A stretch of 64,000 nucleotides of DNA from Nitrospinota bacterium (GTDB lineage: Bacteria; Nitrospinota_A; UBA7883; JACRGQ01), in contig JACRGQ010000059.1 of the NCBI GenBank assembly GCA_016217735.1, forward strand, positions 5,208-69,207. The letters run 5' to 3'. The notes beneath the pieces are model-generated. The model had not been told where the DNA came from. It saw only the letters and a list, made by a program, of their open reading frames with translations, and searched no databases. Positions 50,515 to 59,722 of this stretch are shown here, piece by piece (the first letter of the stretch is position 1; each line of letters opens with the position of its first letter). Both the position numbers and the translations under genes were made by a program.

Positions 50515-50835
50515 CACATATTCCCGTCCGGTCAAAAAAGCCTGAATTCCGTTGCTGTTTCTGATATTTGCGGCATTGTGGAAAACACGATTATTGCAAG
50601 TTTTGCCGCGTACGCCAAATTATTTACGGCGTTGGGGCCGGGTGGGTGGATATGACAAAAGCAAAGGCGCGAAATATGGCGCATAACGGCATGTATTGCA
50701 ATGCGTTGCTGTTTTGTCAGGGGTCGCCGGACACGGATTCGGTGAGGGCATGGTGTTTGCATCCTTAATATTGAGCGGCAGATACCCGTCCGTTTTTTGG
50801 CGCTTCCTTGGGGAGCGGCTAACGGATGGGATATA

Positions 50836-53800
50836 ATGAAGCCCGTTGAGGAGGAGTATACGTTGAAGGAACAGGTGAGCGGTTCGGCCGTTGCCACCCG
50901 CATCTTCGCGGTTACCGGCACCGGCGGCGGTTGCGGCAAATCATTGGTTGCCGCGTTCGCCGCGGCGGCTCTGGCGCGCGCCGGGAAAAAGGTGCTGTTG
51001 CTGGATATTAATGAAGGCTCCAGCGCCGCCTGCCGCATTTTCGGCGTCACCGCTCCCGAAACATCCCTGATCGATTTCTACGCCAAGACCAAAAGCATAG
51101 CCGACCTCGCCGCGGAAACGCCGGTGAAGGGACTTTCGTTTCTCCGCGCGGCGGGAAGCCCCCGCGGCGGGCGCAACCGGATTCCGGCCCGCGGCAACCT
51201 GATACAACGGCTGCGCCGGTCGGGGGCGGATTATGTGGTGGTCGACATCGGCCGGATAGCCAATAGGCGTGCGGCCGATTATTTTCTCGGGGCCGACGGC
51301 CGCGCCATTATCGCCGCCGCCAGCGAACCGGGAATGGACGGTCTGCGCGACACCCTGTTGACAGTGGCTATTCGCCGGTTTGAACGGTTGGTAATAAAGG
51401 CGGAGGGCGGTGCGGAGGCGGTGCGCGAGATAGACAAAAAGCGAACCCTTGAGGCCGCTCCGCTGCTTGCCCACATTGGCGCCATGCTTAAATTGCGCTA
51501 TCCCCGCCTGTTGCCCGCGTGGGAACAGGCGCGCGCCGCGCTCGATTGCAACGTTATCGTCAACTCCGTTTCATCGCCGGATCACATGGAGGCCGCGGGA
51601 CGGAGGCTCAAGACCGCGCTCGACGGCGTGGGGATCGATGTCCGCAAGGTGTTTTACCTGCCGGTGTTCGTGTTGCCGCCGTCGCTGGCGCGGCCGGGGG
51701 CCAGTCCGCAACTGGACGCGGTGGGGCCGGTGGCGCTCGATATCGCCGGCGTGGAAGAACTGGGCGAGGAGCGGATGCGCCAGGGGCTGGAGCGCCTGTT
51801 TGGCGCGCCGGTGGCCGGGGCCGCGCCGCATGCCGCCGCCGAAAAGGCCGAGATGTTCGCCGCGCTGGAGCGGGAAATGGAGATGGAACGCGCGCGCCGC
51901 GCCGCCCTGCTGGAGCGGGAGATGGAGCGGCTCAAGACCGAGCGGAGCGCGCAGGCGGCCAAGCGGCTGGACGCCGAGCTGGCCGAACGCCGCAAGCGGG
52001 GCCTGGAAGAACTGAACGGATGGACGGAACAGCAGCGGCGTGAGCGTCAGATACGGCTCGATAAGGACTACGAAACCATGAAGGCGGATTGCGCCGCCCG
52101 CCTGACCGCCGAAACGGGATTGAAGGAACGCGAGGCGCTCGACGCCATGGACAAGGTGAAGGAGTACCGCCTCAAGGAGATCGACGCGCAGATCGAGGCC
52201 TACTACCGCGCCGCCAAGGTGGCCGCCGACCGCGATATCGCCCAGCGCCGCAAGATGGCGGAAACGGAAATCGACGGCGGCCTGCTGATGCAAAAAAAGA
52301 AGAAACTGGCCCGGATGGAAACGGAACTCGCCGAAGAGGTGGAAAAAATCCGCGAAATGATCTGGCAGCAGCTGGAGGAAAAACGCCGCGCCCGCATCGA
52401 AGAGATCGACCGCGCGGTGGAGGGCCACCGCGAAAATAAAATGCTGGCGGTGGATACCGAAGTTTCCGCCGTCCGGCGCGAAGTGGAAAAAGACCTCGAG
52501 GCGGAGATCGCCCGCACGCGCGATTACCTCACCGCCGACATCCACCGCGACGTGATGCTGCTTGCCGGCGAGATGGATGTGGAGGAGCACCGCCGCCGCG
52601 CCGGCATCCGCCGCACCCTGGAGCAGGAGACCGATGCCGAGCGCGCCATGATGAAAAAGGCGCTGATGGCGGAAATGGCCCGCCTGCGCGAAGAGAAGGA
52701 AAAGGAACTCGCCCCGCTGCTGGAAAAAATACGGCAGGAACGGCTGGCCCACCTGGAGCAGGAGATCGGGCGGCTGCGCGAGCAGATCAAGGGCCGCATG
52801 ACGATGGAGGCCGAACAGACCCGCCAGAAGCTGATGATGGAGGCGCAGACGGACGCCGGACGCCGCCGGGAGGAATTGCTGGCGCAACTGGAGGCCGACC
52901 GCCAGGCGCGGCTGGTGGATATGGGCCGCGACATCGCGCAGGACCGCGCCACCCGCATCGCCAGCCTGGACCGCGAAATGGCGCGCGTGGCGGACGATTT
53001 GCGCGCCAACATGGAACAGCGCGTGTCCGAGGAAGAGGCGCGCCTCACCGGCATGATGGAAGAGGCGATCCGCCAGAAGCGCAAGGAAAAGGAAGAGACG
53101 ATTATCGGCATCATCCGCGAGGAGCGGCAACGCCGCGTGCAGGAGCTGAACGAAGAACTGCTCCGCCAGCGCGAGGGTCTTATGGACGCCATCGCCGCCG
53201 AGATGCGCCTCTGCCGCGATCAGGAGATCGAAAAGGTGCGCGCCGAGATAACGCATATCCGCGCGCAGCGGCTCGGCCAGCTGGATCAGGATATGCAGGC
53301 GGAAATCCGCCGCAAGACCGAGGCGATGGGGCATACCATCCGCGATGTGGAGACCGCCATGCGCGGCGAAATGCGGGAACGCATAAGCGCCGAGGAAACG
53401 CGCATGCGTAAAGCGCTGGCCGAGGAGATCAATGCCGAAATGGCCGAGATGCGCGCCCGCGTACGCGCCGATATCGGCGACGAAGAGACGCGCCTGAAAG
53501 CCGGGCAGAAGGCCGCGCTGGAAGATGACCGCAAGCGGCGGCTGGAGGCGTGGGACCGGGAGATGGAGTTGCGCCGGAGCAAGGCCGAGGAGTCCCTGCG
53601 GGAGTGGCAGGAGCGTGAAAGGATGCGCCTGCTGGGCGAGCTGGACGTGAAACTGCAAGAGGAAGGGCAGGTAAGGCGCGAGCTGCTGGAAAGCCGCGTG
53701 GAGTACGACAGGAAAAAAATCGCCGACGAAATCGCCGCCCACCGCCGGAAGGCGGAGGAGGATGAACAGCGCCGGATGAAACTCTGGGCCGAGCACAAAC

Positions 53801-54756
53801 GCGAAGAATCGGTGGCGCAGATTAAACGTTTCATCAAGGAAGAGCATCAGCGCCGGCTGGAAGAGCTGACCGAAACGATGGAAGGGGAAAAACGGGACCG
53901 CTTGGCCGGTATCGGCAATGACCTGCAGGCGGAGCGGCAGAGGCAGTTCGCGGAATTGACCGCCGCGATGCAGCGCGAAAAGGAAGCGCGGCTCCTCAAG
54001 CTGGACGACGAAATCGCCCGGCTGCGCGATGAGCGCGCGCGCGAGTCGGCGCGGTTCGCGGACGAAGAGGCCCGCCGCATGGAAGAGCGGATTGATCAAC
54101 GCTACCGCGATCTGGCCAAAAAAAAGGAAGAGTGGCTGGAATTCGAAAGCCGCCGCCGCCTGGTGGAGATGCGCGAAAGCATCGAACGCGAGGCCGAGGC
54201 CGAAAAGGAAAAGCGGCTGCAGGCGCGGATGGTGGAAATCGAAGATGAGCTGGCCGACCGCCGCCGCAAGGCGAAGGCCGCCGTTGAAGAGGAGCGCGCC
54301 CGCCTGACCCTGGCGCTGCGCGAAGAGCTGAACATGCGGCGCAAGATCATGATCCGCAAGATGACCGCGCGCCTTAGGACCAAGGTGGCCGAACGGCAAA
54401 AGAAGATAGAAGGGGAACTGGGCTTGATGAGCGCCCGTCGCGGGATGGATGTGGAAAAAGACATGCTGGATCAACGGAGCAACCGCGTGGCGCGGATGGA
54501 GGCGGAATTGACCCGCGAACGCGAACGGCGCGTGGCCGCCATGCTGGACGAAATACGGGCCGAACAGGACATCAAGCGCCAGGAGATCATCATGGAAATG
54601 GTGAAAAAAAAGGAAGACCTGGATCGCCTGTACGAGCAGGAAAAGCGCAACTACCTGGAAAAGCTCCAGAGCGAAATCCTCAAGAGCAAAAACATCACCT
54701 CGGAATACCTCCAAAGCGAGCTGGACCGCGTGCAAAAATCCTGGCGCAACAACTAA
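50836..54756 (+). CDS. giant (1306 aa) ParA/MinD-like P-loop ATPase fused to ~1000 aa of Glu/Arg/Lys-rich coiled-coil low-complexity sequence
   Basis: N-terminus IFAVTGTGGGCGKSLVAAF...KVLLLDIN...YVVVDIG resembles a deviant Walker A/B ParA fold. From about residue 330 on, unbroken ER(K)-rich heptads (EREMEMERARRAALLEREMERLKTER...) run to the stop. Confidence 0.8.
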   Translation: MKPVEEEYTLKEQVSGSAVATRIFAVTGTGGGCGKSLVAAFAAAALARAGKKVLLLDINEGSSAACRIFGVTAPETSLIDFYAKTKSIADLAAETPVKGLSFLRAAGSPRGGRNRIPARGNLIQRLRRSGADYVVVDIGRIANRRAADYFLGADGRAIIAAASEPGMDGLRDTLLTVAIRRFERLVIKAEGGAEAVREIDKKRTLEAAPLLAHIGAMLKLRYPRLLPAWEQARAALDCNVIVNSVSSPDHMEAAGRRLKTALDGVGIDVRKVFYLPVFVLPPSLARPGASPQLDAVGPVALDIAGVEELGEERMRQGLERLFGAPVAGAAPHAAAEKAEMFAALEREMEMERARRAALLEREMERLKTERSAQAAKRLDAELAERRKRGLEELNGWTEQQRRERQIRLDKDYETMKADCAARLTAETGLKEREALDAMDKVKEYRLKEIDAQIEAYYRAAKVAADRDIAQRRKMAETEIDGGLLMQKKKKLARMETELAEEVEKIREMIWQQLEEKRRARIEEIDRAVEGHRENKMLAVDTEVSAVRREVEKDLEAEIARTRDYLTADIHRDVMLLAGEMDVEEHRRRAGIRRTLEQETDAERAMMKKALMAEMARLREEKEKELAPLLEKIRQERLAHLEQEIGRLREQIKGRMTMEAEQTRQKLMMEAQTDAGRRREELLAQLEADRQARLVDMGRDIAQDRATRIASLDREMARVADDLRANMEQRVSEEEARLTGMMEEAIRQKRKEKEETIIGIIREERQRRVQELNEELLRQREGLMDAIAAEMRLCRDQEIEKVRAEITHIRAQRLGQLDQDMQAEIRRKTEAMGHTIRDVETAMRGEMRERISAEETRMRKALAEEINAEMAEMRARVRADIGDEETRLKAGQKAALEDDRKRRLEAWDREMELRRSKAEESLREWQERERMRLLGELDVKLQEEGQVRRELLESRVEYDRKKIADEIAAHRRKAEEDEQRRMKLWAEHKREESVAQIKRFIKEEHQRRLEELTETMEGEKRDRLAGIGNDLQAERQRQFAELTAAMQREKEARLLKLDDEIARLRDERARESARFADEEARRMEERIDQRYRDLAKKKEEWLEFESRRRLVEMRESIEREAEAEKEKRLQARMVEIEDELADRRRKAKAAVEEERARLTLALREELNMRRKIMIRKMTARLRTKVAERQKKIEGELGLMSARRGMDVEKDMLDQRSNRVARMEAELTRERERRVAAMLDEIRAEQDIKRQEIIMEMVKKKEDLDRLYEQEKRNYLEKLQSEILKSKNITSEYLQSELDRVQKSWRNN

Positions 54757-54796
54757 CCCCCCCCCAAAAAAAATCTCCGGCTACGGAAGAGCATTG

Positions 54797-54995
54797 TGTT
54801 GGTACAACAGGTTTAAGGAGTCGCAGGATTGGTAATTCAATCTGCGGCGGAAATAGCCTATAGGCCACAACCTGTTGTTGTCCCCTTAAAGGGGATGCCC
54901 GCCCCGGATTGAAATTACATACCGGGGCTCCCTTGCCCGCAAGGGCCAAGAAGGCTTGCCCCCTTCGGGGTCAACCGCAGATGGTTAGAAGCCGT
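54797..54995. repeat. structured intergenic repeat, family 2, expanded copy
   Basis: Shares the GGTACAACAGGTTT...CCTGTTGTTG, GGGCCAAGAAGG and TTGCCCC..TTC..GGGG..CAACC modules with 59026-59100, plus two extra internal hairpins. Confidence 0.5.
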
Positions 54996-55119
54996 TTCTT
55001 CACGCCTCGTGATCCCTTTTAGCCGGAGATTGAGGACCCCCGGTGCCGCTTGCCACAATTCCCGGCACGAAGTATAGTGGCGTGGTGGTGATTATTTTCA
55101 TGCGCGACGGCGGCGGGAG

Positions 55120-56496
55120 ATGATGATGGCTGCGGCAAAAAACGGAAACGATTTCGATATCATCATCGTGGGCGGCGGTCCGGCGGGCCTCAGCGTCGCC
55201 TCGGAGATGGCGAAAAAAAAGTACCGCGTGCTGGTGCTGGAAAAAGAAACCGCCGGCCAGACCAAGCGGAGCTGGTTCGTCCCCCCGTTTGTGCTGGACG
55301 CGGAAACAAAGCAATTCAGCTACGGCGGCGTCACCCGCTTCCTCGCCGCCACCTATTCCGGCGCCAAAACGCAATGGCGCGCGAAACTGTTCCCCGCCTA
55401 TCCCTACATCGATGAGAAGAAGATACTCCCCTACTGGGTGGACGTGATTCAAAAGAACGGTTCCACCATTATGGACAACACCGCATACGTCAGCCATTAT
55501 GTAAGCGGCGGTCAGGTGCATGTGACCACCGCCAAGGGGATATTCAAGGCGCCCCTGCTGCTGGATGCCTCCGGCTACAACAGCCCGGTGATCAAACAAC
55601 TCCGGATGGAGGATGACAGCTACTACTGGTGGTCGGTTTACGGCGCCGTTCTTGAGATGCCGCTCACCGGCGGCCTTGAGATCGGCGATTACATGATGTG
55701 GCAAACGTTCAAGGACACCAACGCCAACCCCAAAGCTTCGCTTGCGCATGGCCGCCCGGTGTTCGAGTACGAAGTGCTGGGGCCGAACAGGGTTTTCGCG
55801 CTGCTGCTCTTTCTGCGCAAAAAACAGGTGACCAAGGAAGCCATGGCGCCGCTTTTCGAGCGGATGCTGCGGAAGGAGAATTCCACCGCGCCATTCCACG
55901 GCGCAAAGGTGATAGAGGAAAAATTCGGCTGGTATCCCAGCGGCGAGGTATCGCAGAACAAAGCGGCCGACCGCGTGGCGTTCATCGGCGACGCCGGCTG
56001 CTGGACAACCCCCTGCGGGTGGGGGATGACCTTCATTTTGCAGAACTACAAAACCTACGCCGAAAGGTTGGATGAGACCATCAAACAGGGACGGCTGGAC
56101 GCCGAGGCGCTGCAGGAAATTCCTGCGTTGCGCGTGACCGAAGAATTTCAGGTGGTGTTCGACAAACTGGTGATGCACTTCCTCTCCAACGCGCCCGCGC
56201 CGATGCTGGACAAATTCATCAACTTCTTCAACCAGATCGACCCGATACTGTGCGAACGGATGTTCACCCTCACGCTCACCGAGGAGGACTTCAAGGAATC
56301 AATCGCCCTCTTTTTGAAAAACTTCACGTTCGGCGAACTTATCCAGGTGCTGCCGGTGGAGGACTACAAGCTGGTGGTGCGGGTGGCGAAACTTTCGATC
56401 GCGGCATTCATCGCCGCGTATTGGTACCGGTTCATTGATTGGTTGACCGGGCGGAAAAACAACAAGGTCGAAGGCTTCAGCTACGAGGAGGACTGA
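55120..56496 (+). CDS. FAD-dependent oxidoreductase (geranylgeranyl-reductase / lycopene-cyclase-like)
   Basis: N-terminal dinucleotide-binding fold DIIIVGGGPAGLSVA. Confidence 0.75.
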   Translation: MMMAAAKNGNDFDIIIVGGGPAGLSVASEMAKKKYRVLVLEKETAGQTKRSWFVPPFVLDAETKQFSYGGVTRFLAATYSGAKTQWRAKLFPAYPYIDEKKILPYWVDVIQKNGSTIMDNTAYVSHYVSGGQVHVTTAKGIFKAPLLLDASGYNSPVIKQLRMEDDSYYWWSVYGAVLEMPLTGGLEIGDYMMWQTFKDTNANPKASLAHGRPVFEYEVLGPNRVFALLLFLRKKQVTKEAMAPLFERMLRKENSTAPFHGAKVIEEKFGWYPSGEVSQNKAADRVAFIGDAGCWTTPCGWGMTFILQNYKTYAERLDETIKQGRLDAEALQEIPALRVTEEFQVVFDKLVMHFLSNAPAPMLDKFINFFNQIDPILCERMFTLTLTEEDFKESIALFLKNFTFGELIQVLPVEDYKLVVRVAKLSIAAFIAAYWYRFIDWLTGRKNNKVEGFSYEED

Positions 56497-56527
56497 CTGC
56501 GGCGCCCCCGTGGGCTATAATAGGGTT

Positions 56528-57487
56528 ATGGGGAAACGGAAGATTTACGTTAACCTTGATCCCGCCTACCGGATGCCCGGCCACAAATCGGCGTTTAGCT
56601 ATCTTGTCCGGCGGCTCGGACGCGGCCTCGCCGAACGGCCCGGCGGCGCCGCGCGGGAGGCCATTGCCGCCGAAGTGGAGCGCGAAGTCTGGAGCCGCAT
56701 CGAGCCGGCGAAAAACATCGCCGCGTGGGTGGGACACTCCACCGTTCTCTGCCGCCAGCAGGGGCATTTTTACATCACCGACCCGATTTTTTCCGACCGG
56801 GCGTCGCCGTTCCCCTTTTTCGGGCCGCGGCGCTACACCTCCCCCGCCTTCGAACCGGAAGAGATGCCGAAGATAGATTTCGTGCTCATCAGCCACAGCC
56901 ACTACGACCACCTCGACCTCCCGTCGGTGCTGGCGTTGCAGCGGATGTACCAGCCGGTGTTTTTCGTGCCGGATGGACTGAAGCGGTGGTTCAAGCACCG
57001 GGGGATTTCCAACGCCGTCGAAGTGCCGTGGTGGGGCGCGGTGAAACACCACGGGTTGACCATCCACAGCGTGCCGGCGCAGCACTACTCCTCGCGCACG
57101 CCGTGGGACCGCAACCGGAGCCACTGGTGCGGCTGGGTGGTGGAAGGAAAAAAAACTTTCTACTATCCCGGCGATACCGGCTTCGGATCGTTCTTCCCCC
57201 GGATTGGCGAACAGTACGGGCCGATAGACCTGGCGGCCATGCCCATCGGCTGTTACAGCCCGCGGGAGCTGATAAAGGCGCACCACCTCAACCCCGAAGA
57301 GGCGCTGGAGGCTTTTACGCAGGTGCGGGGGAAAAAGTTTTTGGCCATCCACTGGGGCGCGTTCGACATGACCGACGAGCCGTGGGACGAGCCGCCCGCG
57401 CGCCTGATCACGGAAGCGGCGCGGCGCGGGTTTTCGGCCGACGGGCATATCAACGTCGTCCGCATCGGCGATACGCTGGATTGGTAG
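56528..57487 (+). CDS. MBL-fold metallo-hydrolase (NAPE-PLD-like / Zn-dependent hydrolase)
   Basis: ISHSHYDHLD metal-binding motif and downstream His/Asp ligands. Confidence 0.8.
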   Translation: MGKRKIYVNLDPAYRMPGHKSAFSYLVRRLGRGLAERPGGAAREAIAAEVEREVWSRIEPAKNIAAWVGHSTVLCRQQGHFYITDPIFSDRASPFPFFGPRRYTSPAFEPEEMPKIDFVLISHSHYDHLDLPSVLALQRMYQPVFFVPDGLKRWFKHRGISNAVEVPWWGAVKHHGLTIHSVPAQHYSSRTPWDRNRSHWCGWVVEGKKTFYYPGDTGFGSFFPRIGEQYGPIDLAAMPIGCYSPRELIKAHHLNPEEALEAFTQVRGKKFLAIHWGAFDMTDEPWDEPPARLITEAARRGFSADGHINVVRIGDTLDW

Positions 57488-57605
57488 CCTTTTTTTGATG
57501 GAACAACACCTTCCCGCATCCAGACTGAAAACAGGGATGTCCTTTAAACCCCCTGTTTAAAACAGGGGGACGCCACCTCCCGGTGGAAAGCAGGCAAAAT
57601 GGGGG

Positions 57606-57740
57606 TCAGTCCTCATCAACCTGAACCATTTCCTGTTTGGGCGCGCCGCAATCGGGGCATTTTTCCGGGATTGTTTGGCATTCGTCGTCGCTACACGGCA
57701 TTACTTTGCCGCACACAAGGCATTTCCACACCAGCACCAT
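57606..57740 (-). CDS. small zinc-ribbon protein (44 aa), rubredoxin-like CxxC...CxxC
   Basis: ATG follows AGGAGG. MVLVWKCLVCGKVMPCSDDECQTIPEKCPDCGAP. Below the ORF-track cutoff. Confidence 0.45.
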   Translation of the reverse strand: MVLVWKCLVCGKVMPCSDDECQTIPEKCPDCGAPKQEMVQVDED

Positions 57741-57901
57741 AAGTCCTCCTGGCGTATCCGCATCTTCTATATTAATTCTACCGCTTAAAACCGGACAATT
57801 CTATTTGCTTGTAACACATCATTTTGATTGTAAACGGCACATTCTGAAGAACCTTTGGCGACGGGGAATCCGGCTCCGGAAAGGGATTCTTCGCCAGCGG
57901 C

Positions 57902-59002
57902 TCAGAATGACAGCGGTTGCTCCCCCGTTTGGCCGAGCTTGAGGTTGTCCAGCGTGCCGGCGATTTTAACCGCCTGCACGTTGGCCTTGTCGAACTGCGT
58001 GTGCGCGTTGGCGATGTGCTTGCCCAGCACGTCGAAGGTCTCCTGGAATTTCTGGAAGTTCACCTGCAAATCGAGTATCGCGTGGATTATTTCCTGCGCG
58101 CGCTTTTCCACCGCCATTCCCCGGAAGCCGACGGCGAGCGCCTGAAAATAGACGAACAGGAAATTCGGCGAGGCGGGCACCACCCGCATATCCATCAGCG
58201 CCTGATGCAACTCGTGGTTGCCGACGATCTCAAGGAATACCCCCTCTGCGGGAACGAACATGACGGCGAAATCAAGCGTCACCCGCGGCACGATATACCG
58301 CTGGGCGATTTCCTTGGCCCGCTTGCGCACGTCGGCGTGGAACTGCGAAAGAAACCTGTCCCGCTCCGGCCCCGGCGCGGCCTCGTAAAATTTGACGAGG
58401 TTCGCCGCTGGAAACTTGCTGTCGATACAAAGGACGCGTTCTTCCAAAAGAATGGCGGCGTCGACGATCCCATCGCCGATTTTGTGCTGGAAACGGAGCC
58501 GCTCGGCCGGGACGGCCTGCTTGAGCAACAGTTCCATTTGCCATTCGCCGTAACTGCCGCGGCTCTTGGAGCCTTCAAGAATCTGGTTCAGGTTGCGGAT
58601 GTCGCCGCCGATTTCCACCATCCGGCCCGAGGCGGCTTTGAGGTCGGCGGTTTCCTTGATGAGTTTTTCCAGCCGCTCGGCAAGTATCTGCTGCGACCTG
58701 CCGAGACTGTCGGCGATCTCTTTGCGGCCGTGCTGCATCGATTCGGCCAGCTTCCCCTGCGTATCGCCAAAGCCGGAGGTGATGGCGGCGCGGCTCTCCT
58801 CGCGTACGCGGGTGATGGTTTCGAGCAGCGTTTTGGTCTGGTCGATGAGTTGCGCGTTGAGGGTCTGCTGCATCAGCGCGAGGTCCTGCTTCATTCCGGC
58901 ATCGGGCGCGGCTGATTTTTTCCCCAGCGCATAGACGGCGGCACCGGCGATGGCGGCGACTCCCGCGATTAAAAACCCTTCCAGCAAATCCATATCCGCC
59001 AT
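57902..59002 (-). CDS. rmuC: DNA recombination protein RmuC
   Basis: N-terminal TM segment and coiled coil, C-terminal RmuC nuclease-like domain. The track ORF continues upstream of the ATG at 59002 (start chosen as MADMDLLEG) without protein-like sequence. Confidence 0.8.
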   Translation of the reverse strand: MADMDLLEGFLIAGVAAIAGAAVYALGKKSAAPDAGMKQDLALMQQTLNAQLIDQTKTLLETITRVREESRAAITSGFGDTQGKLAESMQHGRKEIADSLGRSQQILAERLEKLIKETADLKAASGRMVEIGGDIRNLNQILEGSKSRGSYGEWQMELLLKQAVPAERLRFQHKIGDGIVDAAILLEERVLCIDSKFPAANLVKFYEAAPGPERDRFLSQFHADVRKRAKEIAQRYIVPRVTLDFAVMFVPAEGVFLEIVGNHELHQALMDMRVVPASPNFLFVYFQALAVGFRGMAVEKRAQEIIHAILDLQVNFQKFQETFDVLGKHIANAHTQFDKANVQAVKIAGTLDNLKLGQTGEQPLSF

Positions 59003-59025
59003 TATCCACGAAAAATTGAGGGTAC

Positions 59026-59100
59026 AACAGGTTTTAACCTGTTGTTGGCCCGTTAGGGCCAAGAAGGAATTTGCCCCTTCAGGGGCAACCAAGAATGAAT
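59026..59100. repeat. structured intergenic repeat, family 2, compact copy (three hairpins)
   Basis: ACAACAGGTT-ttaa-CCTGTTGT; GGCCC-gtta-GGGCC; TTGCCCC-ttca-GGGGCAA. Confidence 0.5.
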
Positions 59101-59121
59101 TCTGTGGTACCAAGAGAGAGG

Positions 59122-59670
59122 TCAGCCGAAGGAATAGAAAAGGAGCTTTGTGTCGCCGTACCGCTTTTCCTTGATCGGCTCGAACTCCGGCGGTTGCAGG
59201 CCTTTGCTGGGCATTTCCAGAATCAAAATCCCGTCGGGCAACAGCGCTTTGGCGTTGTACGCGGCGGTCAGCAGGGCGCTTCTTCCGTCCCAATCGTACG
59301 GCGGGTCGCAATAGATGAAATCGAACCGGTTGTTGTCCTGCCCGCATCCGCGCAAAAATTCCACCGCGTCCTGTTTCACCACCCGCGTCTGGGCGGGGGC
59401 TGGCAGCATCTTGCTCACCTTTTCGACGTTTTGGCGGATGAGCACCACCGAGGGGAGGTGGTGTTCGACGATGGTCACGGAAGCCGCGCCGCGGCTGAGC
59501 GCCTCGCAGCCAATCGCGCCGGTGCCGCTGAAGAGGTCGCAAAAGGAATCCCCTTCCACCTCGATCATGTTGAACAGCGCCTGCCGGACTTTGTCCGGCG
59601 TGGGGCGTATTTTTTTATTGCCCGGCCCGGCCAGTGTGCAGCCGCGGGCGTGTCCTCCGACTATTCTCAT
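59122..59670 (-). CDS. rsmD: 16S rRNA (guanine966-N2)-methyltransferase
   Basis: MRIVGG start; LFSGTGAIG AdoMet motif; DPPY catalytic motif. Confidence 0.85.
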   Translation of the reverse strand: MRIVGGHARGCTLAGPGNKKIRPTPDKVRQALFNMIEVEGDSFCDLFSGTGAIGCEALSRGAASVTIVEHHLPSVVLIRQNVEKVSKMLPAPAQTRVVKQDAVEFLRGCGQDNNRFDFIYCDPPYDWDGRSALLTAAYNAKALLPDGILILEMPSKGLQPPEFEPIKEKRYGDTKLLFYSFG

Positions 59671-59722
59671 AGTGTGCAAGGATACCACGCGCGGCGAAGC
59701 GGCAAAAATACAATCGGCGAGA

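Noticed and set aside
51571-54735. 1054-aa minus-strand ORF opposite the giant ParA-fusion gene
   Set aside because: Mirror image of a GAG/CGC-rich coding strand, so it trivially lacks stops. No start or RBS context and no motifs.
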